Source of the DNA: an uncultured Bacilli bacterium
GTDB taxonomy: Bacteria > Bacillota_I > Bacilli_A > RF39 > UBA660
DNA: 64,000 nucleotides
Assembly: GCA_947632455.1 (NCBI GenBank)
Contig: CANRPK010000001.1
Location: 18,228 to 82,227 of the forward strand
Direction: 5' to 3'
Under the pieces are notes generated by a model. That model searched no databases and was not told where the DNA came from. It saw only the letters and a program-made list of their open reading frames with translations. Each line of letters begins with the position of its first letter. Position 1 is the first letter of the stretch. The position numbers and the translations under genes were made by a program. Below, in pieces: positions 1 to 13,084 of this stretch.

Positions 1-60
1 GCCATAGCAATTAAACTACATGCCATCATTTTTTTCATATTTCCACCTCTAGTTATATTA

Positions 61-2262
61 TTAACTATTATTCAGAAATTTATTCATTAATTTATCTTTA
101 AGCATTGTTTTTCTAGTAGATGCATAATCATTATTAACTGCCATTAAAAAGGCATTAATTTCTCCAATAACTATTAAACTTTTCTTTGCTCTTGAAACGC
201 CAGTATATATAAGTTTATTATAAAGCATTTTATAATAACTCTTTGTAATAGGTAGAATTACATGTGGAAACTCACTTCCCTGACTTTTATGAATTGTAAT
301 CGCATAAGCATGTTTTACTTGATACATATCCTCTTTTGTATATTCTACTTTATTGCCTTCAAAATCAATAATTATTGTATCCTTTTTACCACCTTTTTTA
401 TTTATTTTATATATATAACCTATATCTCCATTAAAAACATTACAATCAGGATTATTTTGTAATTGTAATACTTTGTCTTTTTCTCGGTATATAATCTCTC
501 CAATTACTATTTCTTCTTTATTATTTTCTGGTGGATTAAATAATTCTTGTAAAATTATATTTAAATTATCTATTCCATTTTCTCCCTTATACATAGGAGC
601 TAATACTTGAATATCATTTTCATTTAATCCTTTAGACTTACTCATAAGACAAATCTTTTTAATCATATCTTTAATATATTTACTATCTACTTTTAAAAAG
701 TTATAATCATCTTTTTGCATTGTAAAATCTAGAGCTAAATCTTTCTTTTTTATTTCTAATGCTAAATAAGGTATATAAGAATTTTCACTTTGTCGATAAA
801 TTTTCTCTAACGGACAAAAAGTAAATAGATCACTCGCTATTAAATCACTTAAAATTAATCCAGGACCTACACTAGGAAGTTGAAATACATCTCCAACCAT
901 AATTAATTGTACTCCACTCTTAATTCCCTTTAATAAAGCATCAAATAAACTAATATCAATCATACTCATTTCATCGACAATTATTAAATTTTCTGTAGAT
1001 TTATGATATTCATTAATTCCAAAATTATTAGTATCTTTATTCCATTTTAAATAACGATGAATAGTCATCGCTGGCATTCCTGTAGCCATACTCATCTTTT
1101 TACTTGCTCTTCCTGTCGGAGCTATTAAAGCTATATTTGCTAAAGCTTCCATTGGAGAAAAATTATGAGTTTTTATATATAATTTTACAATCGCATTAAT
1201 AATTGTTGTTTTACCTGTTCCAGGTCCCCCAGATATAATAGTTATCTTATTTTCCAAAGCTTTTCTAATTGCATTTTTTTGATCAACATTATATCTAAAA
1301 TTAGTTTCTTTTTCTAATTCATTTATTTCTTCGTCAAAATCATATATAGGTGAAGCATTATCATTTTGCATATCATATAAATTATTTACTACATCTTCTT
1401 CAGCTTCATAAAATTCTGTTAAATAATATAAATTATTTTCTAATACTACTTTATTTTCTGTCTCTAACGTATAAAAAGCTTCATCAAAATCATCATCATT
1501 TAAAATGATATTAAATTCTTTAGTTAAAGCGTCTTTTATTTCTTCTCTATAATAATATGTATCCCCATTATTAAAACTTAAACGCTTCATTGCTTCTAAC
1601 ATACAAGCTTTAATTCTTATTTGATCATCTAAAGCATGTGTTTTACAATAAATACTATCTACTTTAGCAAAATCTAATATTTCTGTTAAAACATATAAAT
1701 TAGCTTCAATTATATATTTTGTACCCTCTTGATATTTTTTATATATTTTCGTAGCTTCTGGAATTGAAAAACCTAACTCTTTAAGTTTTATTAAACAATC
1801 ATCCGCGGCGGAATATTCCAATATAGAATTTCTAATAGTTCGCGCTTTAGCTTCATTAATACCAACCTCTGTAATTAAAATACTAGCATCATCTTTAATT
1901 TTATTTATGGCATCTAATCCTAAAGTTTTAACAATTTTATCCGCGGTCTTTGCTCCACATCCTTTAATTAAAGAACTAGTTAAGAATTCTTTAACTGCAT
2001 CCATACTAGTTAATTCTTCTTTTTCATAACTATTTACTTTGTATTGAAAACCAAATCTCTCATGTTTCAAAGGTTCACCTTTTAAAATATAATTTTCTTC
2101 TGTATTAATATCTAAAAAATTACCCGTGATAGTCACTGTTTTATTGATATATTCTTTCATTTTTTTATCATTAGTCTCTTTAACGCGAAAAACAGCCACT
2201 ACAAAGCCGCTTTCTTTATTCTGATAAATTATATTTCTGATTTTACCTTTGATGTAATTCAT
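61..2262 (-). CDS. recD2: ATP-dependent RecD-like DNA helicase (RecD2/YrrC type)
   Basis: 733-aa ORF; Walker A GGPGTGKTT in the middle of the protein; SF1 helicase organisation with a long N-terminal region and a C-terminal UvrD_C-like part. Confidence 0.85.
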   Translation of the reverse strand: MNYIKGKIRNIIYQNKESGFVVAVFRVKETNDKKMKEYINKTVTITGNFLDINTEENYILKGEPLKHERFGFQYKVNSYEKEELTSMDAVKEFLTSSLIKGCGAKTADKIVKTLGLDAINKIKDDASILITEVGINEAKARTIRNSILEYSAADDCLIKLKELGFSIPEATKIYKKYQEGTKYIIEANLYVLTEILDFAKVDSIYCKTHALDDQIRIKACMLEAMKRLSFNNGDTYYYREEIKDALTKEFNIILNDDDFDEAFYTLETENKVVLENNLYYLTEFYEAEEDVVNNLYDMQNDNASPIYDFDEEINELEKETNFRYNVDQKNAIRKALENKITIISGGPGTGKTTIINAIVKLYIKTHNFSPMEALANIALIAPTGRASKKMSMATGMPAMTIHRYLKWNKDTNNFGINEYHKSTENLIIVDEMSMIDISLFDALLKGIKSGVQLIMVGDVFQLPSVGPGLILSDLIASDLFTFCPLEKIYRQSENSYIPYLALEIKKKDLALDFTMQKDDYNFLKVDSKYIKDMIKKICLMSKSKGLNENDIQVLAPMYKGENGIDNLNIILQELFNPPENNKEEIVIGEIIYREKDKVLQLQNNPDCNVFNGDIGYIYKINKKGGKKDTIIIDFEGNKVEYTKEDMYQVKHAYAITIHKSQGSEFPHVILPITKSYYKMLYNKLIYTGVSRAKKSLIVIGEINAFLMAVNNDYASTRKTMLKDKLMNKFLNNS

Positions 2263-2274
2263 TTTTACTCCTAC

Positions 2275-2880
2275 TTAAAGATGTCTAATATCATTATTCT
2301 CCATTATATTATATTTTTCAGGAATTATATATAAATAATCAAAATCATCTACATGACTATTTAATATTAAATCAACTAAATACCCTTGCTCATCTTTAAT
2401 TAAATCTCCATATTCTCCTGCTTGATTAATACAACCAGTTTTTGTAGAATTTATATAATAAATATTCCCCGTTACTCCATAAAAGAATACTCTTCCTAAT
2501 TTATCAAAATGAAATTCCATTCCTGGCATTTCTCTATTTAACATATTTAATTTTAAATATTCTGGAATATGACTTATTACATCCCAAAAATCTCTTTTAA
2601 TTAAATAACTATTTCCTTTAGAAAAACGAGCAATATTAGCATTTCCTTTAATAGTATGCTTATTATTCTCGCCATTTCCATTATAAAATCCTCTTATATC
2701 AATTATTTGAGCATCAGCATTCTTTTTATCTTCTGAAAAATGAGCAATAATCTTAGAATTAGAACTTCCATTCTCCACTACATAATCATATAAAGTCCCT
2801 TCTTTAGTCTCCCCTAAATTTAATTTGCTAGCCTCTTTTAATAAAACTTTAATATCACTATTAAAAAGTGAAGCATTCAT
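2275..2880 (-). CDS. hypothetical protein
   Basis: 201-aa ORF co-oriented with recD2 and mtaB and tightly packed between them; no signal peptide or recognisable motif. Confidence 0.45.
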   Translation of the reverse strand: MNASLFNSDIKVLLKEASKLNLGETKEGTLYDYVVENGSSNSKIIAHFSEDKKNADAQIIDIRGFYNGNGENNKHTIKGNANIARFSKGNSYLIKRDFWDVISHIPEYLKLNMLNREMPGMEFHFDKLGRVFFYGVTGNIYYINSTKTGCINQAGEYGDLIKDEQGYLVDLILNSHVDDFDYLYIIPEKYNIMENNDIRHL

Positions 2881-2896
2881 AATATCACCCTTCTTA

Positions 2897-4189
2897 TTAT
2901 AAACTTATTTCTTCATTCCTGCAAGTAATTACATCTGCAAATATTTTTTTATTTTCAATCTTAACTATTTGTACTTCATAAAAAGTATTTAACATACAAT
3001 CTCGAGATATATATACTTTTAAATAATTGCTTGTATGTCCCACAATATAATTATCCTCAAATTCTTCTGTAAGCACTTCCATTTTCGTATTTAAAAACTT
3101 TTTCGCATATTCTAATTCTAAATTATCTGAAAGAGCTAATAATTTATTTACTCTTTGTTTTTTAATATTATTATCTACTTGAGGCATTAAAGCCGCGGCA
3201 GTTCCATTTCGCATAGAATATGGAAAAACATGAATTTTAGCAAACTTTAATTTTTGTGAAAACTCTAAACACTCTAAAAAATCTTCATCAGTCTCATATG
3301 GATGCCCCACTATTATATCAGTTGTAATAGCTATATCTTTTCTAATATCTCTAATTTCGGCAATTTTTTTAGCAAAAAATGCTTTATCATATTTTCTATT
3401 CATTCTCTTTAAAACATTCTCACTACCACTTTGAAGAGGAATATGTAAATGGTTAGCAATTTTATCACAAGTTTTTAATACATTCATAAATTTGCCATTT
3501 AACTCTGTAATCTCTATACTCGATATTCTAATTCGTTTTAAATCTTCTATTTTAGCTAACTCCAAAATTAAATCGCTTAAATCATGTCCCAAAGAATTGT
3601 ATGATCCTGTATGTATTCCCGTTAAAACTAACTCTTTATGGCCCTTTGCCACTAAATCTTTTGCTTCCTCTATTACTAAATTAAAGTCTTTACTTCTAAT
3701 AGAACCTCTTACATAAGGAATTATACAATAAGAGCAAAAATTATCACATCCATCTTGAATTTTAATAAATGCTCTAGTATGAGTATCAAAATTTTGAATA
3801 TTCATATTTTCAAAATCTAGTTTTCTTTCTCTTGTAAAATATTCATATTTTTGTTTAGTTTCTAAGTATTCTTCGATAATATCTACAATCATACTTTTTT
3901 GTCTGTTACCAAGTAAAATATCAATACCTAAATTTTGATATTTCTCTGGATTATTTTGCGAACTACAACCACACACAACTAAAACACTATTAGGATATTC
4001 TCTTCTTTCTCTTCTAATAGTTTTTAAAGATTTATTATCTGCTGTATTAGTTACAGTACAAGTATTAATTATAATAATATCTGGTGTTTCTTCATCTAAT
4101 ATATAATTATTTTTTAATAATTGTTCTCTAATATATTCACTTTCATAAGAATTAACTTTACATCCTAAAGTTATTATTTTAAATTTCAT
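2897..4189 (-). CDS. mtaB: tRNA methylthiotransferase MtaB (radical SAM, MiaB family)
   Basis: 430 aa; N-terminal MTTase Cys residues; radical-SAM CxxxCxxC (CDNFCSYC); same position relative to dnaJ as yqeV/mtaB in Bacillus. Confidence 0.85.
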   Translation of the reverse strand: MKFKIITLGCKVNSYESEYIREQLLKNNYILDEETPDIIIINTCTVTNTADNKSLKTIRRERREYPNSVLVVCGCSSQNNPEKYQNLGIDILLGNRQKSMIVDIIEEYLETKQKYEYFTRERKLDFENMNIQNFDTHTRAFIKIQDGCDNFCSYCIIPYVRGSIRSKDFNLVIEEAKDLVAKGHKELVLTGIHTGSYNSLGHDLSDLILELAKIEDLKRIRISSIEITELNGKFMNVLKTCDKIANHLHIPLQSGSENVLKRMNRKYDKAFFAKKIAEIRDIRKDIAITTDIIVGHPYETDEDFLECLEFSQKLKFAKIHVFPYSMRNGTAAALMPQVDNNIKKQRVNKLLALSDNLELEYAKKFLNTKMEVLTEEFEDNYIVGHTSNYLKVYISRDCMLNTFYEVQIVKIENKKIFADVITCRNEEISL

Positions 4190-4209
4190 TTAAATTACCC
4201 CCATCTAAA

Positions 4210-4725
4210 TTAATTAAGATTTTGTTGCAAAGTTTTAAGTGCTTCTAAAAAAGCTTCTTCTTTTTCATAAGAAATAACTGTTACATTTAAATTTGGTTTA
4301 ATAGTTACCTCTTTATTTACTAAATTATCTAAATCTACTTTCTTAACAGTTAAATCATCAGCTAAATTTTCTTCTTCACTATAATTTAAAGCAAAATCAT
4401 TACGATGTTTTAATAATTCTTCATAACTAATTATTGCTTTTTCTTCTTGTTCTTCTTCATATTCATTTAAATTAATATTACTAGGTTCCGCATTTTCTAA
4501 TGCCTCAGTAATAGCCTTTAAATCATCTACTTCTGTTGTTTGAGTAGGCTTTTCTTCATATATAATATCCAAACTAGAATTATCTTTATTTTCATTTATA
4601 AAATAAATTAGCGTTATAATTAGTAACATTAATACTAAAACCGCTACAAAGAATACAACATCAACAAATGATAATGTCTGTAAAAAACTAATTGCATCAT
4701 TAAGTAGATTCATGTATATCACCAC
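4210..4725 (-). CDS. hypothetical membrane-anchored acidic protein
   Basis: 171 aa; one N-terminal TM helix followed by an Asp/Glu-rich extracytoplasmic region. Confidence 0.45.
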   Translation of the reverse strand: MVIYMNLLNDAISFLQTLSFVDVVFFVAVLVLMLLIITLIYFINENKDNSSLDIIYEEKPTQTTEVDDLKAITEALENAEPSNINLNEYEEEQEEKAIISYEELLKHRNDFALNYSEEENLADDLTVKKVDLDNLVNKEVTIKPNLNVTVISYEKEEAFLEALKTLQQNLN

Positions 4726-4803
4726 ATCTTTATTTTATCAAAAAAACATTTGAGAGAAAAGCCCTAATAAAACATTTACATCTTATTGGCAAAGTATTTA
4801 CAA

Positions 4804-6045
4804 TTATTGTTCTAAGGTTGGGATATATGGATTTTCTATAGATCCATCACCTGTTACAGTTACTTTGCGGTTAAGACTAATAACTGGTCTTAAATGTCGG
4901 AATAATAAACCTGAAACATTGCTAACTACTCTTCCATCAGTATTAATAGCAAAAGGTTTAAAATCTGTTTCTGATGCTAAAGCTAAAGTAGAAGTCCACC
5001 AAACATTATCTAAATCAGCATTATATAAATAATATTTTTTATTTTCTTCCCCTGTACTAGCTCCAGCATATATTGCTTCATCTGCGCTTAATAATCCTAT
5101 TTTACTACTATAAGAGCTACCAAGGCAATTAAAAGTTGGAATTTTATCTGTTACTATTCGATTATAAGCATTATATATTTTATTAGTAGCTCCATTATTT
5201 AAAGAATCAATACAAAATTTATGAGCAGCAATATAATTATCATAATTTTGTAAATAAATCTCATAATAAACATTTAAAGCTTTAATTATACTGGTATTTT
5301 CAATATCTTCTGAACCTTCAAGTGTATCATTAAAACTAGTAAGCTCACCAGTTGAAGAATTTAATATCATCTTAACTGTACCATCACCATTTATTCTTAC
5401 TATTCGCCATATATTATCTGCAAATTTAACATAATTATTTGCAATATTACCTCTAAAATAATAAGTATTACCTAAATCATCAAAATCCTCAATTAAACCT
5501 TCATTTCCCACGGCTACTTCATCACCAATTTTTGTTAAAGTATCTTTACCTACTGGATTATTTTCTAATAAAGTCATATAAAAATATTCTTTAGAATCAG
5601 TAGTTTTTCTAATTGTTAATTTAAAAGAAGTCATTTTATTATTAAATAATGCAAACGTAAAATTTTGCGTTGCTCCTTTTGGTATTAAAAGATTACCAAC
5701 AAGTACATTAGTGTTTCTATTTAAAGTATTACTAATATCTATATTTCCATCAGTACTAACTAAATTAAAACCTACTTTAGAATCATAATTTTTTAAATTT
5801 TCCATAACAATATCATAATAAACATCATTAGCACTATTATTAGTTATTGAAAAAGTATAAGCTCTATTATCATCAATCATTTTTCCATCAATATAATTAA
5901 TTGATAACTCTTCTACAATTTCCACTTCAGTTCCCACATTAATAACATGATCATAAAAAAGATAACTAACGCCTAAAACTACACACGCTAGAATTAAAAA
6001 AGCAATAAAATATAATATTCTTTTGTATTTTCTTCGCATAAGCAA
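4804..6045 (-). CDS. membrane-anchored secreted protein, distant paralogue of 38331..39842 and 40531..42039
   Basis: 413 aa; N-terminal TM; shares the blocks F/YRGN...NxWRIxRINGDGT and C-terminal RPVIxL...GxGxxxxP[YF] with the two ppdK-adjacent paralogues. The annotated first codon is TTG; an ATG at about 6039 preceded by AAAGGGG is the likelier start. Confidence 0.6.
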   Translation of the reverse strand: MLMRRKYKRILYFIAFLILACVVLGVSYLFYDHVINVGTEVEIVEELSINYIDGKMIDDNRAYTFSITNNSANDVYYDIVMENLKNYDSKVGFNLVSTDGNIDISNTLNRNTNVLVGNLLIPKGATQNFTFALFNNKMTSFKLTIRKTTDSKEYFYMTLLENNPVGKDTLTKIGDEVAVGNEGLIEDFDDLGNTYYFRGNIANNYVKFADNIWRIVRINGDGTVKMILNSSTGELTSFNDTLEGSEDIENTSIIKALNVYYEIYLQNYDNYIAAHKFCIDSLNNGATNKIYNAYNRIVTDKIPTFNCLGSSYSSKIGLLSADEAIYAGASTGEENKKYYLYNADLDNVWWTSTLALASETDFKPFAINTDGRVVSNVSGLLFRHLRPVISLNRKVTVTGDGSIENPYIPTLEQ

Positions 6046-6061
6046 GCCCCTTTATATTTTA

Positions 6062-6090
6062 AGTATATAAATATTTATCTTAATTGTCAA
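6062..6090 (-). promoter_or_regulatory. sigma-A-type promoter (TTGACA-17 nt-TATACT) for the 4804..6045 gene
   Basis: Read on the minus strand: AAATTGACAATTAAGATAAATATTTATATACTT, consensus -35, 17-nt spacer, near-consensus -10; it sits just downstream of the dnaJ terminator. Confidence 0.5.
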
Positions 6091-6116
6091 TTTATTAACA
6101 TTAACTTTACTAAAAA

Positions 6117-6134
6117 AAGCATCAATCGATGCTT
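6117..6134 (-). terminator. intrinsic terminator of dnaJ
   Basis: Perfect 7-bp inverted repeat AAGCATC-AATC-GATGCTT overlapping the dnaJ stop codon; an A7 run on the plus strand (6112-6118) gives the U-tract on the minus-strand RNA. Confidence 0.6.
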
Positions 6135-7257
6135 ATAAATATTTTTTAAAAGTTTTAAAAGCCGGTTCATCATTTAAAGATGTTTCACTTAATTCTTTTA
6201 ATAATTTCTTTTGGGTAAGTGATAATTTAGAAGGAGTAATAACATCATATATTACATACATATTTCCCCGACCAATCGCATTAACTTTTTTAATTCCTTT
6301 ATTCTTTAATTTAACTTTGTCATTAGAATTAGTTCCCGGTTTTACTTCTAAAATTACATTACCAGTAAGCGTAGGAATTTCCTTTTTACAACCAAATATT
6401 GCTTCTGTAATTGTTAAAGGAACGTGTAAATATATATCTTCTTCTTCTCGTGTAAAAATTTCATGGTCTCCCACTTTAAATTCTAAATAAACATCACCAT
6501 TAGGTCCCCCATTAGAACCCGCTGAACCTTTACCGCTAATTCTTAATTGATATCCAGTATCTACTCCCTCAGGAATAGTAACTTCAATATTCTTTTTAGC
6601 TCTTACATTACCAGTTCCACGACATTTGCTGCACTCTTCTTGGAATACTACCCCAGAGCCTCCGCAGGCATTACATGTTGTTTGAGTTTGAAAAACGCCA
6701 AATAACGATCTTTGTTCACTTATTATATGTCCGCTTCCTCCACAAGTTTTACAAGTAGTTTGTTTAAAGCCGCCGACTCCATGACAAGCATCACAAACAT
6801 CATTAAGATCTAAAGATATAGTTTTTTTACAGCCAAAAGCTGCTTCTTCAAAAGATAAACGAACAACAACTAAACTATCTTCGCCTTTTCTTGGTCTTTT
6901 ACTTGAACTCCGAGTAGCCCCACCAAAGTTAAAGCCACTACTAAAACCGCCGAAAGAACCTCCAAATAAATCACTGAATATATCGCCTAAATCAATATCA
7001 TCCGCGCTAAAGCCACTAAAACCTGCTCCACCATTATTCGTAAAAGCTTGATGACCAAATTGATCATATTGTTTTCTTTTAGCTGGATCAGAAAGTATGG
7101 CATAGGCTTCTCCAACTTCTTTAAATTTGGTTTCATCCCCAGTTTGTTTATTATCTGGATGATATTGTTTAGCTAATTTTCTAAAAGCTCGTTTTATTTC
7201 TTCATCACTAGCTGTTTTAGAAACGCCTAAAACCTCATAATAATCTTTTTTATCCAT
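6133..7257 (-). CDS. dnaJ: chaperone DnaJ
   Basis: J-domain with HPD (YYEVLGV...HPD); Gly/Phe-rich linker; four CxxCxGxG zinc-finger repeats. Confidence 0.95.
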   Translation of the reverse strand: MDKKDYYEVLGVSKTASDEEIKRAFRKLAKQYHPDNKQTGDETKFKEVGEAYAILSDPAKRKQYDQFGHQAFTNNGGAGFSGFSADDIDLGDIFSDLFGGSFGGFSSGFNFGGATRSSSKRPRKGEDSLVVVRLSFEEAAFGCKKTISLDLNDVCDACHGVGGFKQTTCKTCGGSGHIISEQRSLFGVFQTQTTCNACGGSGVVFQEECSKCRGTGNVRAKKNIEVTIPEGVDTGYQLRISGKGSAGSNGGPNGDVYLEFKVGDHEIFTREEEDIYLHVPLTITEAIFGCKKEIPTLTGNVILEVKPGTNSNDKVKLKNKGIKKVNAIGRGNMYVIYDVITPSKLSLTQKKLLKELSETSLNDEPAFKTFKKYL

Positions 7258-7267
7258 ATTATCACCT

Positions 7268-9088
7268 CTAGCTATTTAATTTTTCAAGTTCTAAAACTAA
7301 ATTATTAAAATAAACAAAAGCATCTTCTAAAGCTTCTGGCTTTAACATATCTACACCCGCAACTTTTAAAGAATCAATCGGTGTTTTGGTACATCCTAGT
7401 TTTAAAAACTCTAAATAATTTTCTTTAGCATTTTGTTTACCATTTAATATATCCATAGCTATTTTAATCGCTGCCGCATAAGCTGTTGCATATTGATAAA
7501 CATAAAAATTCATATAGAAATGTGGTATTCTTTCCCATTCGTATTTAATAATATCGTCCACTACAATATTTTTTCCAAAATACTCTTTATTCAATTTATA
7601 ATATATATTACATAAATCTTCATGAGTTAAAACATTGCCTGCCTCATCTTCTTCATGGATAATCTTTTCAAATTCTGCAAACATTGTTTGACGATATATA
7701 GTTGATTTAAAATCTTGAATTAAATCATCTATTAAATACTTAATTTCTTCTTTATTTTTTGAATTAGCAATCAAATACTTACTTAATAAAATTTGATTTA
7801 CTTGACTAGCTACTTCCGCTACAAAAATTGAGTAACCATAGTCTTGATAATGTTGATTTTTGCTCGCATAATAGTAATGCATTGCATGTCCAAGTTCATG
7901 AGCTAAAGTAGAAACATTGTTTAAAGAACCATCAAAACTTAATAAAACATAAGGATGAACACTATAAGCATTAGTACAATAAGCCCCATTTCTTTTTCCA
8001 TCATTTGGGCAAAAATCAATCCAACGTTCCTCAAAAGCCTTTTTTAAATCATTTATATAATCATCACCTAAAACAGCTAAAGCTTTATATAATAAATCAC
8101 GTGCTTCATCTTCTGTATATTTTTGATTTATTTCTTTAGTTATTGGGGCATAAGTATCATATAAATGTAAAGTAGAAACTCCCAACATTTGTTTTTTTAA
8201 TTTCCAAAATTTTGATAAAGGCTTAATATTTTTTTTAACTACACTTATTAAATTATCATATATTTCTACTGGTATATCATTTTGATATAAAGAAGCATGT
8301 AAAGAGCTATCATAGCCTCTAATACTAGCAACTTTATTTGAATTTTTAGCCTCAGCCATTAATAAAGCCGCATAAGTATTTTTAAATTTACTATAAGTAG
8401 TTAATAATTTAGTAAAAGCTTGTTTTCTTACTCTTCTATTATTTGATTCAATAAACTTTCTATAACTTTTTTCAGTTAATTCTTCTTTTTTATTATTTTC
8501 ATTTCTTATTGTTCCAAATTCTAAATCAGCATCACTAAGTAATGAATATACATCATCGGGAGTTTTAAAAACACTAACCATATTTGAAAGTAAATTTTCT
8601 TCTTTAGCACTTAATGTATATTTTTTATACTTAAATATTTCTTTTAAACTTCTTTCAAATTCTTTTAATCTAGGTTCTTCTTCAATATATTTTAAAATTA
8701 AATTATAATCACTTTTTAAGATTTCTGGAGTAATAAAAGATGTTGTTGCTACATACTTTTCATATAATTTATATGTTTTTCCAAACATCGTTTGAAATTC
8801 TGTATCAGTTGTATCTTGATCATTTTGTAAATGAGCATATACATATATTTTTTCTAACGCTTCACTAAAATTAGTATCAAATTTCAATAATTCATATAAA
8901 TTATTTGCACTATCTAAAATATGACCCTGATATTTTTCATATTCTTTTAAATTATCTTCTAATTTTTTATATTCTCTTTCATAATCTTGTTTAGTTGCAT
9001 AAATATCATTAACATTCCACTTTAAATTATCAGTATACTCATTTCTTTTCTTTCCCATATATAATATCCTTCTATTTATTTTTTTCAC
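7268..9088 (-). CDS. pepF: oligoendopeptidase F (M3B family)
   Basis: 606 aa; HEXXH zinc motif (HELGHAMH); M3-family length and architecture; located between dnaK and dnaJ. Confidence 0.85.
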   Translation of the reverse strand: MKKINRRILYMGKKRNEYTDNLKWNVNDIYATKQDYEREYKKLEDNLKEYEKYQGHILDSANNLYELLKFDTNFSEALEKIYVYAHLQNDQDTTDTEFQTMFGKTYKLYEKYVATTSFITPEILKSDYNLILKYIEEEPRLKEFERSLKEIFKYKKYTLSAKEENLLSNMVSVFKTPDDVYSLLSDADLEFGTIRNENNKKEELTEKSYRKFIESNNRRVRKQAFTKLLTTYSKFKNTYAALLMAEAKNSNKVASIRGYDSSLHASLYQNDIPVEIYDNLISVVKKNIKPLSKFWKLKKQMLGVSTLHLYDTYAPITKEINQKYTEDEARDLLYKALAVLGDDYINDLKKAFEERWIDFCPNDGKRNGAYCTNAYSVHPYVLLSFDGSLNNVSTLAHELGHAMHYYYASKNQHYQDYGYSIFVAEVASQVNQILLSKYLIANSKNKEEIKYLIDDLIQDFKSTIYRQTMFAEFEKIIHEEDEAGNVLTHEDLCNIYYKLNKEYFGKNIVVDDIIKYEWERIPHFYMNFYVYQYATAYAAAIKIAMDILNGKQNAKENYLEFLKLGCTKTPIDSLKVAGVDMLKPEALEDAFVYFNNLVLELEKLNS

Positions 9089-9095
9089 AAAGATA

Positions 9096-9115
9096 AGTTC
9101 TAGTCACCTAGAACT
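9096..9115 (-). terminator. hairpin between dnaK and pepF (possible partial terminator/attenuator)
   Basis: 8-bp perfect inverted repeat AGTTCTAG-TCAC-CTAGAACT; the following minus-strand sequence is only moderately U-rich. Confidence 0.3.
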
Positions 9116-9120
9116 TTATC

Positions 9121-10947
<1,827 letters not shown>

Positions 10948-11003
10948 TTATATCATTTCCTTTCAATTTAATAAGTTTTTTCTCCATAGGTTTTTAGACT
11001 TTC

Positions 11004-11564
11004 TTAGTTATTTTCTTTTTCATTTACTTTAACCATCGCCGGTCTAATTAATCTATCATTATACATATATCCTTTTTGCATACATTCTAAAACTATATTA
11101 TTATCTATATCATCATGTTTTTCAGTCATTACTGCATGCATAATATTAGGATCAAATTCTTTATTAACAACTTCTATTTCTACTACACCTTTAGCTTTTA
11201 AAATATCTAGCAAATTTTCATATATCATTTTAAACCCTGATAAATATTTATCTGCCCCCTCTATTTTAATTGCCATAGCTCTCTCAAAATTATCAATAAC
11301 TGGTAATAATTTTTCAATTAATTCAAAGCCTTCGTATTTATAGAAGTTTGCCATATCTAAATCATATCTTTTACGCATATTTTGCATTTCCGCACTAATT
11401 CTTAAAACTTTTTCTTTAAGTTCTAAATTAGCTTTTAATAACTCATCTTTTTCATGGGAAATCTTTTTATGCTTATTTTTCTTATTAGTATCTTCGGCCT
11501 TTTGCTCGAAAGACTTTTCTTTTTCGTTTTTTACTTCATCTTGTTTTACTGTATTATCTTCCAT
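11004..11564 (-). CDS. grpE: nucleotide exchange factor GrpE
   Basis: 186 aa; Lys/Glu-rich N-terminus; conserved GrpE C-terminal region; position between hrcA and dnaK. Confidence 0.9.
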   Translation of the reverse strand: MEDNTVKQDEVKNEKEKSFEQKAEDTNKKNKHKKISHEKDELLKANLELKEKVLRISAEMQNMRKRYDLDMANFYKYEGFELIEKLLPVIDNFERAMAIKIEGADKYLSGFKMIYENLLDILKAKGVVEIEVVNKEFDPNIMHAVMTEKHDDIDNNIVLECMQKGYMYNDRLIRPAMVKVNEKENN

Positions 11565-12569
11565 TTATTCACCTTTTTCCTCTAGCCATTTATTTAGAAT
11601 ATTTAATAAACCTACAACTCGGTCATATTCCATTCGCTTTGGCCCTACTATTGCAATAGTACCTTTTTCTCCTCCTAAAGAATAATTAGTTTTAATAATT
11701 GTAACATTATCATCAAATTCTGTTTCTTTACCTATATAAATACTAATATCTTTAGCATCATCATTTTTTTCAATTTTTCTAATGGCTTCTTCATCTTCTA
11801 ATTTAGTAATTAGATTTTTAATTTCCTTAGAATCATTATATTCTGGTTGTTGTAGCATTTTAGCTTTTCCTACCACATGAAAATTTTCTTTAGAACTAAC
11901 AAAATCATTAAAAGCATTATAAAAAATATCATATATTGTTTCATATTGCTTTATTTGTTGTGAAATAATTGGTTTGATTTCATATTCTAGTCTTTCTGAA
12001 ATTTGCGATATTGGTGTACCCACTAACATTTTATTAATTATTTCACTAGTTTTTACTATTTCTACAATATTAATACCTTTAGGAATAGTAAATTGCTTAT
12101 TTTTAACAATTCCTTTATCTGTACAAACTAAAGCTACAATTTGTTCATCTTCTAAAGGAATAATTGATATTTGTCTTAAATTATTTTCATTAGATTCTTT
12201 ACCTAAAGCAATACTAGTATAATGCGTAATATCACTAATAATCTCTAAACATTCTTCAATCGCATCACTTACAACTAAATTTTTATTAGAAAAAATAGTT
12301 TGTAATTTTAGCATATCTTCTCCAGTTAATTCCTTAGGTTTCATTAAATTTTCTACATAATATTTGTAACCAGCTTCACTAGGAATTCTTCCACTAGAAA
12401 TATGATTTTTCTCAAGTAGTCCTAATTTTTCTAAGGCTGCCATTTCATTTCTAATCGTGGCACTAGAACAATTAAACTTGTTACATAAATGCTTTGAACC
12501 AATAGGTCTAGCTTCTTTTATATAGCCTTCTACTATTTCTTTTAAGATGTTTCTTTGTCTTTCGTCCAT
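11565..12569 (-). CDS. hrcA: heat-inducible transcription repressor HrcA
   Basis: 334 aa; N-terminal winged-helix HrcA signature; first gene of the operon; preceded by a CIRCE element. Confidence 0.9.
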   Translation of the reverse strand: MDERQRNILKEIVEGYIKEARPIGSKHLCNKFNCSSATIRNEMAALEKLGLLEKNHISSGRIPSEAGYKYYVENLMKPKELTGEDMLKLQTIFSNKNLVVSDAIEECLEIISDITHYTSIALGKESNENNLRQISIIPLEDEQIVALVCTDKGIVKNKQFTIPKGINIVEIVKTSEIINKMLVGTPISQISERLEYEIKPIISQQIKQYETIYDIFYNAFNDFVSSKENFHVVGKAKMLQQPEYNDSKEIKNLITKLEDEEAIRKIEKNDDAKDISIYIGKETEFDDNVTIIKTNYSLGGEKGTIAIVGPKRMEYDRVVGLLNILNKWLEEKGE

Positions 12570-12581
12570 TTCATCACCTTA

Positions 12582-12608
12582 TTAGCACTATTACATCTTC
12601 AGTGCTAA
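12582..12608. promoter_or_regulatory. CIRCE operator (HrcA binding site)
   Basis: TTAGCACTA-N9-CAGTGCTAA matches the CIRCE consensus TTAGCACTC-N9-GAGTGCTAA; it lies between the hrcA promoter -10 and the start codon. Confidence 0.85.
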
Positions 12609-12612
12609 TATC

Positions 12613-12641
12613 ATTATAATATTATGCTTAGCACTTGTCAA
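12613..12641 (-). promoter_or_regulatory. sigma-A promoter of the hrcA operon (TTGACA-17 nt-TATAAT)
   Basis: Minus strand reads TTGACAAGTGCTAAGCATAATATTATAAT; the spacer and -35 edge carry an extra TTAGCACT half-site. Confidence 0.55.
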
Positions 12642-12709
12642 TATATAACTGCTAATTTTTTAAAAACTTCTTTTAACATAAATATTTATTTCTAAAAATA
12701 TAATCTAAT

Positions 12710-13084
12710 ATGAATATTGGGGAAAAATTAAAGAGATTAAAAAATGAAGATTTAATTTGGTTAATATATTTTTTTATCGTTATTGGTGCTTTAATGTCTA
12801 ATAATTATGAAAAGAATTATTTACTTACTGGTAATAGTAGTAATCAAAAAAAATTTAAAGTGCTCAATATTACTATTTTTAGTGTAGCTTTTTTTATTTA
12901 TCTTTATTTTGTCCTTTTAAATTATGAAGATGTTGCTACTTTAAGAAAAGATGCCACAAGAAAAGAAGTACTAAATGTCCATATTGGACTTATATCTGCA
13001 CTTCTCTTTTTAGTCGCGGGAGCACTAGCCTTAATTGGAGAAATCAATCGTGGTGGACCCGATGAAGATATTGGTTTTATTTAA
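12710..13084 (+). CDS. small hypothetical membrane protein
   Basis: 124-aa ORF with two predicted TM segments, divergent from hrcA; no obvious Shine-Dalgarno sequence, so the call is tentative. Confidence 0.4.
   Translation: MNIGEKLKRLKNEDLIWLIYFFIVIGALMSNNYEKNYLLTGNSSNQKKFKVLNITIFSVAFFIYLYFVLLNYEDVATLRKDATRKEVLNVHIGLISALLFLVAGALALIGEINRGGPDEDIGFI

Noticed and set aside
262-462. Short plus-strand ORFs in the track that lie antisense inside long minus-strand genes (for example 262..462, 3492..3716, 10658..11032, 11974..12222, 16722..16961, 19433..19645, 22553..22750, 23547..23774, 25964..26155, 34976..35266, 38954..39169, 39404..39589, 41574..41963, 54960..55151, 55622..55870, 57362..57628, 58699..58908, 60001..60195, 60572..60820, 62675..63094, 63434..63655)
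   Set aside because: They have Leu/Ile/Phe/Tyr-rich, low-complexity translations typical of the antisense strand of AT-rich coding DNA. They have no ribosome-binding sites and are fully embedded in well-supported genes.
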